Below, in pieces: positions 10,267 to 20,446 of a stretch of 64,000 bases of DNA (its first letter is position 1; each line of letters begins with the position of its first letter). The DNA lies in assembly GCA_051362555.1 (NCBI GenBank), contig CM120643.1, positions 14,048,644-14,112,643 on the forward strand. Reading direction: 5' to 3'. This stretch comes from Lingula anatina (taxonomy: Eukaryota; Animalia; Brachiopoda). A program made the translations under genes and the position numbers. The notes beneath the pieces are model-generated. The model was not told where the DNA came from, did not search any database, and saw only the letters and a list, made by a program, of their open reading frames with translations.

Positions 10267-12945
10267 ATGTCCGAGCCAGAGAAGAGCAAAATTGAAGAAA
10301 AGTCACTTGGTAAAAAAGATACCCATGGCCCATCACTCACTTCATCAAAGAAAAGTTTTGAAAATGTATCTGTTCATGGACAAAGTATTGATCCAGGTGA
10401 AGAAGAAATGACTTTAAACAAAGAAAGTACTGAGTCTGAGGATGCTACATATAATGATAGAGAAATGCCACAAGGGGCACTCCATAAAAGTGTGGATGAT
10501 GAAATCATTGAAAATATTGTAAAAGTGCATGATCTAAGTGAACTCAGTCATGATACTGATACACTGTGCAATAACACCAAGAAAACTGATAATTTGAGGA
10601 GCAAACATAGAAAACAAAGGATCAGGTGTTTGGTCTGTGGCCCACACAAAGACTCTTCTAAGGCTGAATATATAAAGCTGTCAACTTGTCCAGATATTGA
10701 GAGAGAAATCCATGAGCTTTTAAAAATACTTTCTCCTCCTGCAGAATCTGATGTTTGTTGTGGCAGATGTTTGGAATTGATGAAAATCTTTGTAAGCCTT
10801 AAGAATGATTTTCAACAAATGAAACGGAGAATAACAGCTCTACACATTGATGGGCAGTTAGAAATACAAAATGGTCGAAAGTGTGAGGAATATGATACTG
10901 ATGATCCTAACACAAGTGATGAGGACAATGAAACACATGATCCCAGCAGTCAAGAACAAGACAGTGAAATGATCATTAAGCATGAAATAATAGATATTGG
11001 GTTTGTTAAAGAAAATACTGAAGAAAGAGAAAGGCTTGAAAAGAACACTACAAATAATGAGTACATAGAGACCACACATTTACAAAGAAAAATATACAAT
11101 TGTTGCCATTGTAACAGAAAGTTCAGTAAGGCAAGTGCTCATGCCTTACATGAAAGATCTCACACTGGGGAAACCATTTTTAAATGTGAATATTGTGAAG
11201 AGTCTTTTACCAGAGCTGGACACCTGAGAGAGCATGGAAAAGTTCATGAATTGAAATGTTCTTATTGCAGTAAATCTTGTTGGGGGCCTAGAGCTTTAGG
11301 CAGGCACGAAAAAACCCACACTGCAAAACTGAACCAGAAACCTGAAATATTTAAATGCTCACACTGTGATAAAATTCTCAGTAAGAAGCATGCACTTGTA
11401 ATGCATGAAATGATTCACACTTATGACAGACTAAAATGTAAACAATGTGAAAAATCTTTTATGAGGAAAGAAGATTTAATGGCTCATGAAAAAATCCACG
11501 AACTGAAATGTTCTTACTGTGGTAAATCTTGTAGGGGAACAAGAGCTCTTATCAAACATGAGAGAGTTCACTCAGAGGAAGGGCATAAAAGCAAAACAAA
11601 AATCTACAAATGCTCACACTGTGATAAAACATTTAACAGAGGAAGCTCCCTTGTCTTGCACGAAAGTATTCACATTGGTGACAGACTCAAATGTAAGCAA
11701 TGTGAAAAATCTTTTACCAGGAAAGATGAACTAATGGAGCATGAAAGGATGCATGAATTACAATGTTCTTTTTGTGGTAAATCTTGTTGGGGAACGAGAG
11801 CTCTTATCAAACATGAGAGGAATCACAATGGTGAAATACCACAAAAGAACATGAATACATACAAATGTTCACACTGTGATGAAAGTTTCACTTGGAAAAG
11901 TCAACTTCAGGCACATGAAACTATTCACTCTGTTGAGGGTTTCAAATGTAAACATTGTGCACAATCTTTTACCAAGAAAGATGATTTTGTGGAACATGAT
12001 AAATCACATGAATTTAAGTGTTCGCATTGTGGAAAATCTTGTTGGGGAACAGAAGCTCTTAACAGGCATGAGAAATATCATACTATGGAAAAACCATACA
12101 AATGTAAGAGCTGTGATATGTCATTTGCATATAGAACAACATGGCAAGACCATGAAAGAACTCACACTGGAGAAAAACCTTACTTGTGTCAGTACTGTAC
12201 CAAACGCTTTGCCCAAAGTTCAACTTTAAAATCACATGAAAGGACCCAACACACTGGAGAGAGGCCACACAAATGTCAGTACTGCGATAGAGGGTTTCCA
12301 ACCAGATTAGCATGTGAAGAACATGAACGTTTTCACACGGGGGAAAAGCCTTTTAAGTGTGATCACTGTAACAAAAGATTTGTGAGAAAATCCAATTGGA
12401 GAGATCATGTGAAAACCCACCTTGGCATTAAACCTCATGTGTGCTCATACTGCGGAAAAAGATTCCGTGACAGATTTACCCTTGGTAGACATGAAAGGAC
12501 TCACACTGGTGAAAAACCATATAGGTGCAAACACTGTGATAAAACATTCAATAGAAAAAGTAACTGTAACACACATGAAAAGAAGCACACTGGGGGAAAA
12601 CCCAGCAGAAAGGGTTTATCTTGTAATAAGGAAAAAAATCAATCTGACTTATATAAAAATCGACATCCTGAGGACAGTCTCAACAGTGAGAACTCTGATG
12701 GTTTGGTAATGAGTCAGCAGTTGGACAGTTCATTCATCAGTCAACAGTTTGATAGCACATACAGACCCCAGCACAACGAGAACACATTCAGACCTCAGCA
12801 CACTGACAGTACATTAAGATCTCAGCACATGGAAACCTCATTTAGGGGTCCACACTCCAGTAATGTGTTCCCTACTCCAGAGGCTGTTTATCATGGAGAT
12901 AATTCTAATGCCTATGGGTATAACATGTATGTGCCAGGGTTGTGA
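10267..12945 (+). CDS. ZAD-like/C2H2 zinc-finger protein, array gene 3 (18 fingers; ends YNMYVPGL)
   Basis: 900-aa ORF in the track (non-ATG start at 10243). ATG 10267 matches the gene 2 start. Same architecture as gene 2. Confidence 0.95.
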   Translation: MSEPEKSKIEEKSLGKKDTHGPSLTSSKKSFENVSVHGQSIDPGEEEMTLNKESTESEDATYNDREMPQGALHKSVDDEIIENIVKVHDLSELSHDTDTLCNNTKKTDNLRSKHRKQRIRCLVCGPHKDSSKAEYIKLSTCPDIEREIHELLKILSPPAESDVCCGRCLELMKIFVSLKNDFQQMKRRITALHIDGQLEIQNGRKCEEYDTDDPNTSDEDNETHDPSSQEQDSEMIIKHEIIDIGFVKENTEERERLEKNTTNNEYIETTHLQRKIYNCCHCNRKFSKASAHALHERSHTGETIFKCEYCEESFTRAGHLREHGKVHELKCSYCSKSCWGPRALGRHEKTHTAKLNQKPEIFKCSHCDKILSKKHALVMHEMIHTYDRLKCKQCEKSFMRKEDLMAHEKIHELKCSYCGKSCRGTRALIKHERVHSEEGHKSKTKIYKCSHCDKTFNRGSSLVLHESIHIGDRLKCKQCEKSFTRKDELMEHERMHELQCSFCGKSCWGTRALIKHERNHNGEIPQKNMNTYKCSHCDESFTWKSQLQAHETIHSVEGFKCKHCAQSFTKKDDFVEHDKSHEFKCSHCGKSCWGTEALNRHEKYHTMEKPYKCKSCDMSFAYRTTWQDHERTHTGEKPYLCQYCTKRFAQSSTLKSHERTQHTGERPHKCQYCDRGFPTRLACEEHERFHTGEKPFKCDHCNKRFVRKSNWRDHVKTHLGIKPHVCSYCGKRFRDRFTLGRHERTHTGEKPYRCKHCDKTFNRKSNCNTHEKKHTGGKPSRKGLSCNKEKNQSDLYKNRHPEDSLNSENSDGLVMSQQLDSSFISQQFDSTYRPQHNENTFRPQHTDSTLRSQHMETSFRGPHSSNVFPTPEAVYHGDNSNAYGYNMYVPGL

Positions 12946-13495
12946 TGTTATTGTTGTATTTACAGTGTTACGTAGAGATACACGCATGAATTACAGTAAC
13001 CACCTCCTTTACAGAACTAGGCAGAAGTTGAAATAGAGTTGTCAAACTGACACTGGTGAAATAGTAATTGCATTGTTGGCAAATTTTTACTGAATCTGGA
13101 CTGTAATACTACATACTAGTAGTTAAACTTGACAGTCTGACACAAGAAAGGATATAAAACAGTACTCTACTACTGGTAAAACCAATTTCTGTTATTCCAG
13201 TCATCCCAATGGAGCAGGGATTTAATGACTGTACCCCCCCAGGGTGGACGCATGGGGAGGCGTGTGAGAGGCGGATAGACTATTAAAAGATTAGGCGTTT
13301 TTCCTTTCATGTACGTCCACCATATGTAGTTTGTGGCTTTGTGGAGCCATGGCTCATCTCGATGTGAATGCGGTCTCACTGGGTGAAAAAAAAATTACAC
13401 AGTTGATTGCATCTTCACATATACTCACTTTATGTCATTGTTTGTGCAAAAGGCTTTGATCCACACACAGATCAAGCTCCAGTGCAAAGAGTGTC

Positions 13496-13498
<3 letters not shown>

Positions 13499-13571
<73 letters not shown>
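13499..13571. repeat. (TA)n microsatellite
   Basis: Direct reading. Confidence 0.95.
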
Positions 13572-13575
<4 letters not shown>

Positions 13576-13798
13576 GAATTCTACAAATTTTACAACAATA
13601 AAGATGTTTATAAAACTTGGTTTTACTCATAAATTGTGATAATGGCACAATCATTTCAACAGTGGAAAATTATCAGTTTTTCAGATATATAATTATGGAA
13701 TCATTAAATATACATTTCTATGTAGCAGCTTGGTGCTTTAACTGTATAGAATAAAAATATTTGGTAGTCTGCTGTTCTGAATTGTGTTGCTACCACTC

Positions 13799-13988
13799 CA
13801 GGTGTGGTTCCAGGATTATTTGAAGGGGGGGGGGGGGGGGGGGGCGTGGCTGCGATTGGTACAATTTAGTACTATAAATCAGCTAATCAAAATTCTAATT
13901 CCAAGAGGGGAATATAAGAGTGTTTTTTATTTCAGAAATCGAAGGGGTTGTTAGGACCCCCCTGACCCCCCCTCTAAATCTGCCACTG
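13799..13988 (-). mobile_element. MITE with CAG termini and 5-bp TSD (CACTC); hAT5-like
   Basis: Ends caggtgtggttccagg and ctaaatctgccactg, flanked by cactc on both sides. Reverse-orientation relative of 46744-46958. Confidence 0.7.
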
Positions 13989-14677
13989 CACTCAATAGGA
14001 TTGTCCCAATTTTAAAATTTTATTAATTAAAAAAAAAAAGAATCAGTAAAATTTACAATTTCTTTTGATGATAGTCACATATTACTTTATATTTTCTTCA
14101 ATTAAATTAATACAAGCCTATGCAGTTTATGATTTTGTTTGCACATAATGTGCCTGCGGGTATGAAATATTGGCAATCTTTAATTAAATAGATACCAAGC
14201 AATTGGTGGATACAGATGAAAAACAAAGGAGCTACTTTATCTGATGATGTTACAGATAATGTATGGGAGATGCTACAAAGGGCACAAAATAAAAGTGTGA
14301 AGGAAAAAAAATGTTTTATTTATTAAAGCGCATACATCTACACGAGTAAATGAAAAATATATAATTATATACAAATGCAACCAAAGCCTATAATTTCTTC
14401 TAAAAGAAGACCAGTGCACATTGTTATCATTAATTATTCTTGTCAACTTTGAAAAAAAAAAATGATGCAATTTATGGCAGACCATAAGCTGATAACAATA
14501 AGTAGTTAATTAAAAAAAAATTTTTTTTGGTCTCGGGCTGCTTTGTTAGTTTGACATTCAATCATGTATTTTTTATTATCATCTAAATTATTATTTATAA
14601 TTAGTGTAATTGCTAAGCAGCCCTGCATATATAGCATAACGCATTCTGATTTATCGTGTGAATTAGCTGGTCAAGCA

Positions 14678-14687
14678 AAGACAAGCT
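14678..14687 (+). promoter_or_regulatory. Conserved upstream motif AAGACAAGCT (gene 4)
   Basis: Exact 10-mer about 400 bp before the ATG, preceded by aattagc. Confidence 0.55.
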
Positions 14688-15076
14688 AACCTGATTTGTT
14701 GGTCAACGCCTTGAAATTAGACAAGATTGTTGCTGCGAAAAAGCTGTTATGTCCAAATTACCAATTATATTTTTACAGAAATGCAGAAACGGAATTTAAC
14801 TGTTTTTTTTATTCTTTTTTTTTTTTAAGTTTTCATAAACCTGATTTAAAAGACAAGGATATCGACTGATAGTCATTTTCTTTTTTACGCTTTATGGTTC
14901 ACAGTGATCTGAGTTTTTACCAGCTTAGTTTTAACCCCAGTTTTAACCGTTTTAGGAGTCTAGATCTACTCTGAAGGGTCAACCCCAAGTGCTACCTCAT
15001 GTAGTAATATGCTGATAGCCCGAAGTCATTTTGCACACTGTAAGTTTACCTGTTGAGCGTTGTTAAGGCGTCGATC

Positions 15077-17263
15077 ATGCACACGAGAGCGGTAAATAGA
15101 ACTGACGAAAAGACAGGTAACATATGCTCTAAGCCGTCTCCGTCTTTGCCGTGCGAAGGTGACCAGAACTCGATTTTTGATGGACAGGATGAATATCCAA
15201 ACGGAGAGGTTGCCAGGCCTGAAGATGTTACAAATAGTGAAAGCCGCCAAGGAATACATGTTGAAATTGGGAGTGTAGAAGACCACGATAGTAGTGTCAA
15301 AACACATCTTTCGTCTCCTCTCCACAAAAATGCAGATGAACAGCGTGTGGAATCTGTATGTAACAAGCAAAAACAACGTCTCAGGTGTTTAGTTTGTGGC
15401 AGCTCTAACGGTACTGATGATAATGAATACACAATTCTATCCTCCTGCCTACATATTGAAAGAGAAATTCGTAAACTTTTGAAAACACTTCCTCCACCAA
15501 GTGAATCAGATATTTGTTGTGGTAGCTGCCTGGATTTAATGAAGCTATTTATAAATCTTAAGAATGATTTTCTCATCATTAAGCGGAAGATAGTTGGTCT
15601 TCACCTTGATGCGCAGTTAGAATTGCAAAACAGTCAAAATCATGAGGAAGTATGTGGCAAAAGACACCAAAGCAAAGGCAATCATATGAATACTTGCAAC
15701 AGTCAAGAACAAACTGATGAGGGGCTCATCAAGCTTGAAACTACCAAGCACGAATATGGTGAAGATAATGGTGATGAAGAAAAGAAAAGCACAGAGGTTT
15801 ACAAGTGTCAGCACTGCAGTGAAACCTATACACAGTCATCTGACTTAAAGATTCATATTGTGAAGGAACACAGAAATATTAAAACCATAGAAAAAACAGT
15901 TGAATGTCATTATCATAATAATAACAAAGATAAAGGTGTACATACAGAACTGGAGAAAACAGACAAATCTTTAATTTGTAGAATTTGCTTCAGTAACTTT
16001 GCAAGTGCAGATGAATGTGCAAAGCATGAAAGTACTCACTCTAGACAAAGGCATTTCGTATCAATTGTAAGAGTATTTAAATGTCAACACTGTAATGAAA
16101 AAATATTTAGTAAGCTGGCATTCTTAAGACACAAGAACAATTGTTTGAAGAACATTGGTTTGATATCTTCAAAGAAACAGAAAATTCAGATAAAAAATAA
16201 TGATAAGAATAAAGAAGCCACTGATGCCCAAATGAAAATTTACAATTGTGCATATTGTGAAAAAACATTCACTAGGGGAAATACACTTGTTTTACATGAG
16301 AGAGTTCACACTGGTAAAAAACTTTTTAAATGTGAGCACTGTGAAAAGTCATTCACCAGGACAACTGACCTTGTAGAGCATGAAAAGGTTCATGAATTGA
16401 CCTGTTCTTATTGTGGTAAATCTTATTGGGGAACTAGAGCTCTTAAAAGGCATGAGAAAACCCATACTGAGAAATCCAAATGGAAAACAAAAATATTCAA
16501 TTGCTCATTCTGTGAGAGGACTTTCAATAGGATAAGGGCATTAGATTTACATGAAGTTATTCACAAGGATGACAGACTCAAATGTAAGCAATGTGATAAG
16601 CCTTTTACCAGTAAAGGTGATCTGTGGAAACATGAAAAATCTCACGAATTAAAATGTTCCCAGTGCGGTAAATCATGTTGGGGAAGAAGGGCTCTTGAAA
16701 AACATGAGAAAGTTCACAGTGCTGAAAAACCACATGTATGTTACATCTGTAACAAGTCTTTCCTCTATAGAAGAGAACTAGATTCACATATAAGAACTCA
16801 CACTGGAGAGAGGCCATATTTATGTCAGTACTGTACAAAAAGCTTTGTTCGAAGCTCAAATTTGAGAATGCATGAAATGACCATGCACATTGGAGAAAAG
16901 CCACACAAATGCCAATATTGTCAACGGGGATATTCAACCAAAATTGCTTGTGAAGAACACGAGCGTTTTCACACGGGTGAGAAGCCATTTAAGTGTGATT
17001 TTTGTGACAAAAGATTTGCTAGAAAATCAAACTGGAGATGTCATGTTAAGAACCACCTTGGAATTAAACCACAAGTTTGTTCTTACTGTGGAAAAAGATT
17101 TAGTGTCAGGAGCATACTTGCTATACATGAAAGAACTCACACGGGAGAGAGGCCATTCAGATGTAAATACTGTGATAAAACATTTATAAGGAAATCCAAA
17201 TGCAATGCACATGAAAGGAATCACACTGGAGGAAAACAGCCAAAATTTGCCCAATCAGTGTAA
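15077..17263 (+). CDS. ZAD-like/C2H2 zinc-finger protein, array gene 4 (~15 fingers; no C-terminal tail)
   Basis: 736-aa ORF in the track (TTG start 15053). The first ATG, 15077, is in a tcgatcATG context like its paralogues. Contains CLVC..CCGSC and IKLE. Confidence 0.93.
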   Translation: MHTRAVNRTDEKTGNICSKPSPSLPCEGDQNSIFDGQDEYPNGEVARPEDVTNSESRQGIHVEIGSVEDHDSSVKTHLSSPLHKNADEQRVESVCNKQKQRLRCLVCGSSNGTDDNEYTILSSCLHIEREIRKLLKTLPPPSESDICCGSCLDLMKLFINLKNDFLIIKRKIVGLHLDAQLELQNSQNHEEVCGKRHQSKGNHMNTCNSQEQTDEGLIKLETTKHEYGEDNGDEEKKSTEVYKCQHCSETYTQSSDLKIHIVKEHRNIKTIEKTVECHYHNNNKDKGVHTELEKTDKSLICRICFSNFASADECAKHESTHSRQRHFVSIVRVFKCQHCNEKIFSKLAFLRHKNNCLKNIGLISSKKQKIQIKNNDKNKEATDAQMKIYNCAYCEKTFTRGNTLVLHERVHTGKKLFKCEHCEKSFTRTTDLVEHEKVHELTCSYCGKSYWGTRALKRHEKTHTEKSKWKTKIFNCSFCERTFNRIRALDLHEVIHKDDRLKCKQCDKPFTSKGDLWKHEKSHELKCSQCGKSCWGRRALEKHEKVHSAEKPHVCYICNKSFLYRRELDSHIRTHTGERPYLCQYCTKSFVRSSNLRMHEMTMHIGEKPHKCQYCQRGYSTKIACEEHERFHTGEKPFKCDFCDKRFARKSNWRCHVKNHLGIKPQVCSYCGKRFSVRSILAIHERTHTGERPFRCKYCDKTFIRKSKCNAHERNHTGGKQPKFAQSV

Positions 17264-18036
17264 AGATCTAAAAATTTTTAAAGAAGGTGCAGTTTTAATG
17301 TGTAATGACTTGGATCTTTTCAATGAAGATAAATGTGAATTTTACAGATACTGTATTTTTTCAAGTCTAATTTTTTTAAATAAGAGCAATCCTAATGAGT
17401 GGTTGCAACAAAATTGAACATCAGAATACTTTATAATTCTGTTTTATGCATTAAAATCACCACAAATGCTGTACAAAAATATAATTTTTATGATTTTAAA
17501 ATGAGGTATCTGAAAGTTTGATAATTTTTGCCCATTGAAAGGATTGAGTCATTACAGTATTTTTCCGGCTGAACAAGAGATTAATTTGGTTTTTGACTTG
17601 GCATTTGGACTTTATTTTAAATTAGTCCATTATGAAACTAGTAGAAGTGTTTTATATTTGTTACTTGAAATCCACATTCACTATTTATGTGACACAAAGG
17701 AATATTGCTTTGCTTTGAAAAAAATATCTTAAGTTCTTTTTATTTATGATATACATGAATGGAATCAATTACCATTAGAACTAAGAAAATAAGCTTAGCA
17801 GATGACTTCACCAAAGAACTGAAAACTCTTCTTTGAAAGAAATTATAAATGAACATTTTATACTTGAAAGAACATTACAACTGGACATCTCTGTACTATT
17901 ACAATAATAATAATAATAATAATGATAATCCAATTTATTTGCAACCAAAAGACATTGCAGTGGTGTGGTGGGGAGGGATTAGTAGTCCAAGGAATGGAAG
18001 TACAGGGTCTCATATGATGAGTACAGGCTAGGTTTA

Positions 18037-18209
18037 GAACACATTCAGAACAGCAGACCCACAAATCCACAGATCAGATATGGCCAACCCACTTTAAGAC
18101 TTGTTGCATATTCCCTGCCGGGAATCTATTCAGAATTAAGCTGCAAGCTTTTTAGTGGGTCACCATATTTGATCTGCAGATATGTTAGTCAACTGTTCTG
18201 AATGCGTTC
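18037..18209. mobile_element. Tourist/PIF-type MITE, ~55-bp imperfect TIRs, TTA TSD
   Basis: Left gaacacattcagaacag...agatcagatatgg..acccact versus right reverse complement gaacgcattcagaacag...agatcaaatatggtgacccact. TTA on both flanks. Confidence 0.8.
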
Positions 18210-19761
18210 TTATAGACAGAGTATTGGGTTAGTACATTGAACAAATATCACCTGTACAAAGTAATGGTAAATTCTCGGTTAATTAAGAAGTTGGCAAGCC
18301 ATTTTAGGGCCATGTTTATACCCCCCTCACTGATGTACCTGCATAGATACTCTTCCCTCACTGATACTTCCCCTACTACCCCTAGTCAATTTTTTTTTTT
18401 ATTGTTTTTTAGTTTTTTTGCATTATACGCATTGATTTAACCTCACACTGATAGAACCCTACATGGATACATTTCCTGTAAAAATACTGACCATTATTCC
18501 TCCACACCAAGAACTCCCCTGTATCATTACTCCCCTATGCAATTTTCATGATGCCAACATTGTTATTCATCGATATTGTATTAAAAATAAATTAAAAATA
18601 ATTTAAATTTGATAAATTGGCTAACAAGCCGGGACCGTGACCTACCATAAATTGGAGAATTTTTTTTAAAAGCATTTAATTATTGGTGTGTTATGATTTA
18701 CAAATAACCGCAGGGAAACCTTTGATGTTGCGTTTTTATGCTTTTAAATCACCTATATATACATTGTATTTTACATACCCCTATGAATATAGAGAGCTTC
18801 TTTTTAATACCAATTAACTGACCTAAGGATTTAGTTGCTATGCTCATTAACCATATCTGAATTTATAAAAATGAAATTCATCTACCGACTACACAGTCGA
18901 CTCTTGTTATCCAGTTTCCTAGAATTGCCCAAGCTAGGACAGTGTAACTTGTAAAATTCCACATTTATGCAAATTAAGTCTGTAACAAAGGCGACAATCT
19001 ACAGCTTAAACACTGCTTTTTATCACTCAATAATTCGATTAACAAACTGAGCAGTGCCTGAAGAAAAGACTACCAGTATGGTGCAATATGTTATTTATTT
19101 ATGGTAAAAACAAAGTTTGGGTAAAATAGATATAAATAAATAAATAAATACAAAAAGGGAGTGTAATCTTTATACTGTAACCAATGTCCAAAAACAGTGA
19201 AGTATACAGATATATCTAAAAAATCACAAAGGCGAGCTGCACGCAAACTCTGTTGTAAAAGTTCAATCTGTTGGAAGTCACAAAGCAAACCAATTCCAGT
19301 ATTTGTTTCCAAATCTTTCCACAATATTTTGAACAAAATGTGTCAGTTTTGGGTCCTAGAAGGGTACGTTACAATTTTGAAAAAGATCAACGCTTATACA
19401 GAAAAGTTTATTTAGAATTATTTTGGATGTCGCGTGTAATTTAAACAAAGCCAAGGGAACCTTTGCTATGCTCATTAACCATATTTTCTGTGGGAGAGTA
19501 ATGACTTGAAAATAACTATAGGATGTCGGGTTGAAGTAAACATTGCCAATTTTGGGTGCCTATATATATCCTAGCTAGTACTATCTTCAGCCTGTTCCAA
19601 CAATATGAATGTCAAACTAGTTTAATTGTTCTGCCCCACCCCCAATTTATCCAGACCTATATAATGCATAATGGAATTAGGAAATCCAGATAATTAATTA
19701 ATTAATTAAGCTACCCATTAATATTCATAAACATAACAAAGAACAATTGTGTATGGTGTAA

Positions 19762-19990
19762 GGGTGTATTCCCAGAGATTTAGATCAATCCAGGGATTAA
19801 GATTTAGATCGACCTAACTCCCTGGGGGTTCAAGCTAAATTGCAGTCAGTCGAGCATGCACCATAGTTAATTAGCCCCTTACAGCTTTCAGTAGGCGGGA
19901 CAGACACTTAAGCCGGCTAAGCTAACAGTAATCTAGTGAGACTCCCCACAGGGATAGATCGATCTAAAGCCTATATATGGAAATGGGGTG
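19762..19990. mobile_element. MITE (Tourist-like), TAA TSD
   Basis: Near-identical to 37641-37865. TAA at 19759-19761 and 19991-19993. Internal inverted tttagatcgac/gatcgatctaaa. Confidence 0.75.
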
Positions 19991-20061
19991 TAATACCGTG
20001 AGGATGATGAACTGTTTTAACATATAAGAAAAAAGAAATACAGATATATTTTTAAAAAAAG

Positions 20062-20063
<2 letters not shown>

Positions 20064-20100
<37 letters not shown>
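20064..20100. repeat. (CA)n microsatellite
   Basis: Direct reading. Confidence 0.95.
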
Positions 20101-20102
<2 letters not shown>

Positions 20103-20113
20103 CCCTTCACTTA

Positions 20114-20354
20114 GACTGGGTTCCCATCCCTAGATGGATCAGTCTATAACTCCATGGGAAGTCTCACTTAATTGCTATCAATAAACTACTATAACCGGCT
20201 TAAATGTGTCACGCCTACCGAATCAGGGATAAAGACAATTACCCCCTAACAGCTTTACTAGGTGTGATAGACATTTAAGCCGGTCAAATTGATAACAATT
20301 TAGTAAGACTCCCCAGGGAGATAGATAGATCCAAATATCTGTGGAAACGGTCCC
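20114..20354. mobile_element. Palindromic MITE (Tourist-like), TTA TSD
   Basis: Arms gggaagtctcact..aattg.tatcaat...accggcttaaatgt..cacgccta and taggtgtgatagacatttaagccggt..attgataacaatt.agtaagactcccc are inverted. TTA at both flanks. The right arm resembles 19762-19990. Confidence 0.75.
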
Positions 20355-20446
20355 TTAAATTGCCCATTCAGCAATAAATTGTACTATCAGATGTTAGTAA
20401 TTGCCCTTTTTTACTGTGCATTTGGCTGCCGATTTCTACGTCGATA

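Noticed and set aside
13190-13385. GC-richer patch that reads CTPPGWTHGEAC after a ttccag, as a possible EGF exon
   Set aside because: Too few cysteines, an in-frame stop follows, and there is no matching donor. More likely a small insertion; TIR and TSD are not convincing.
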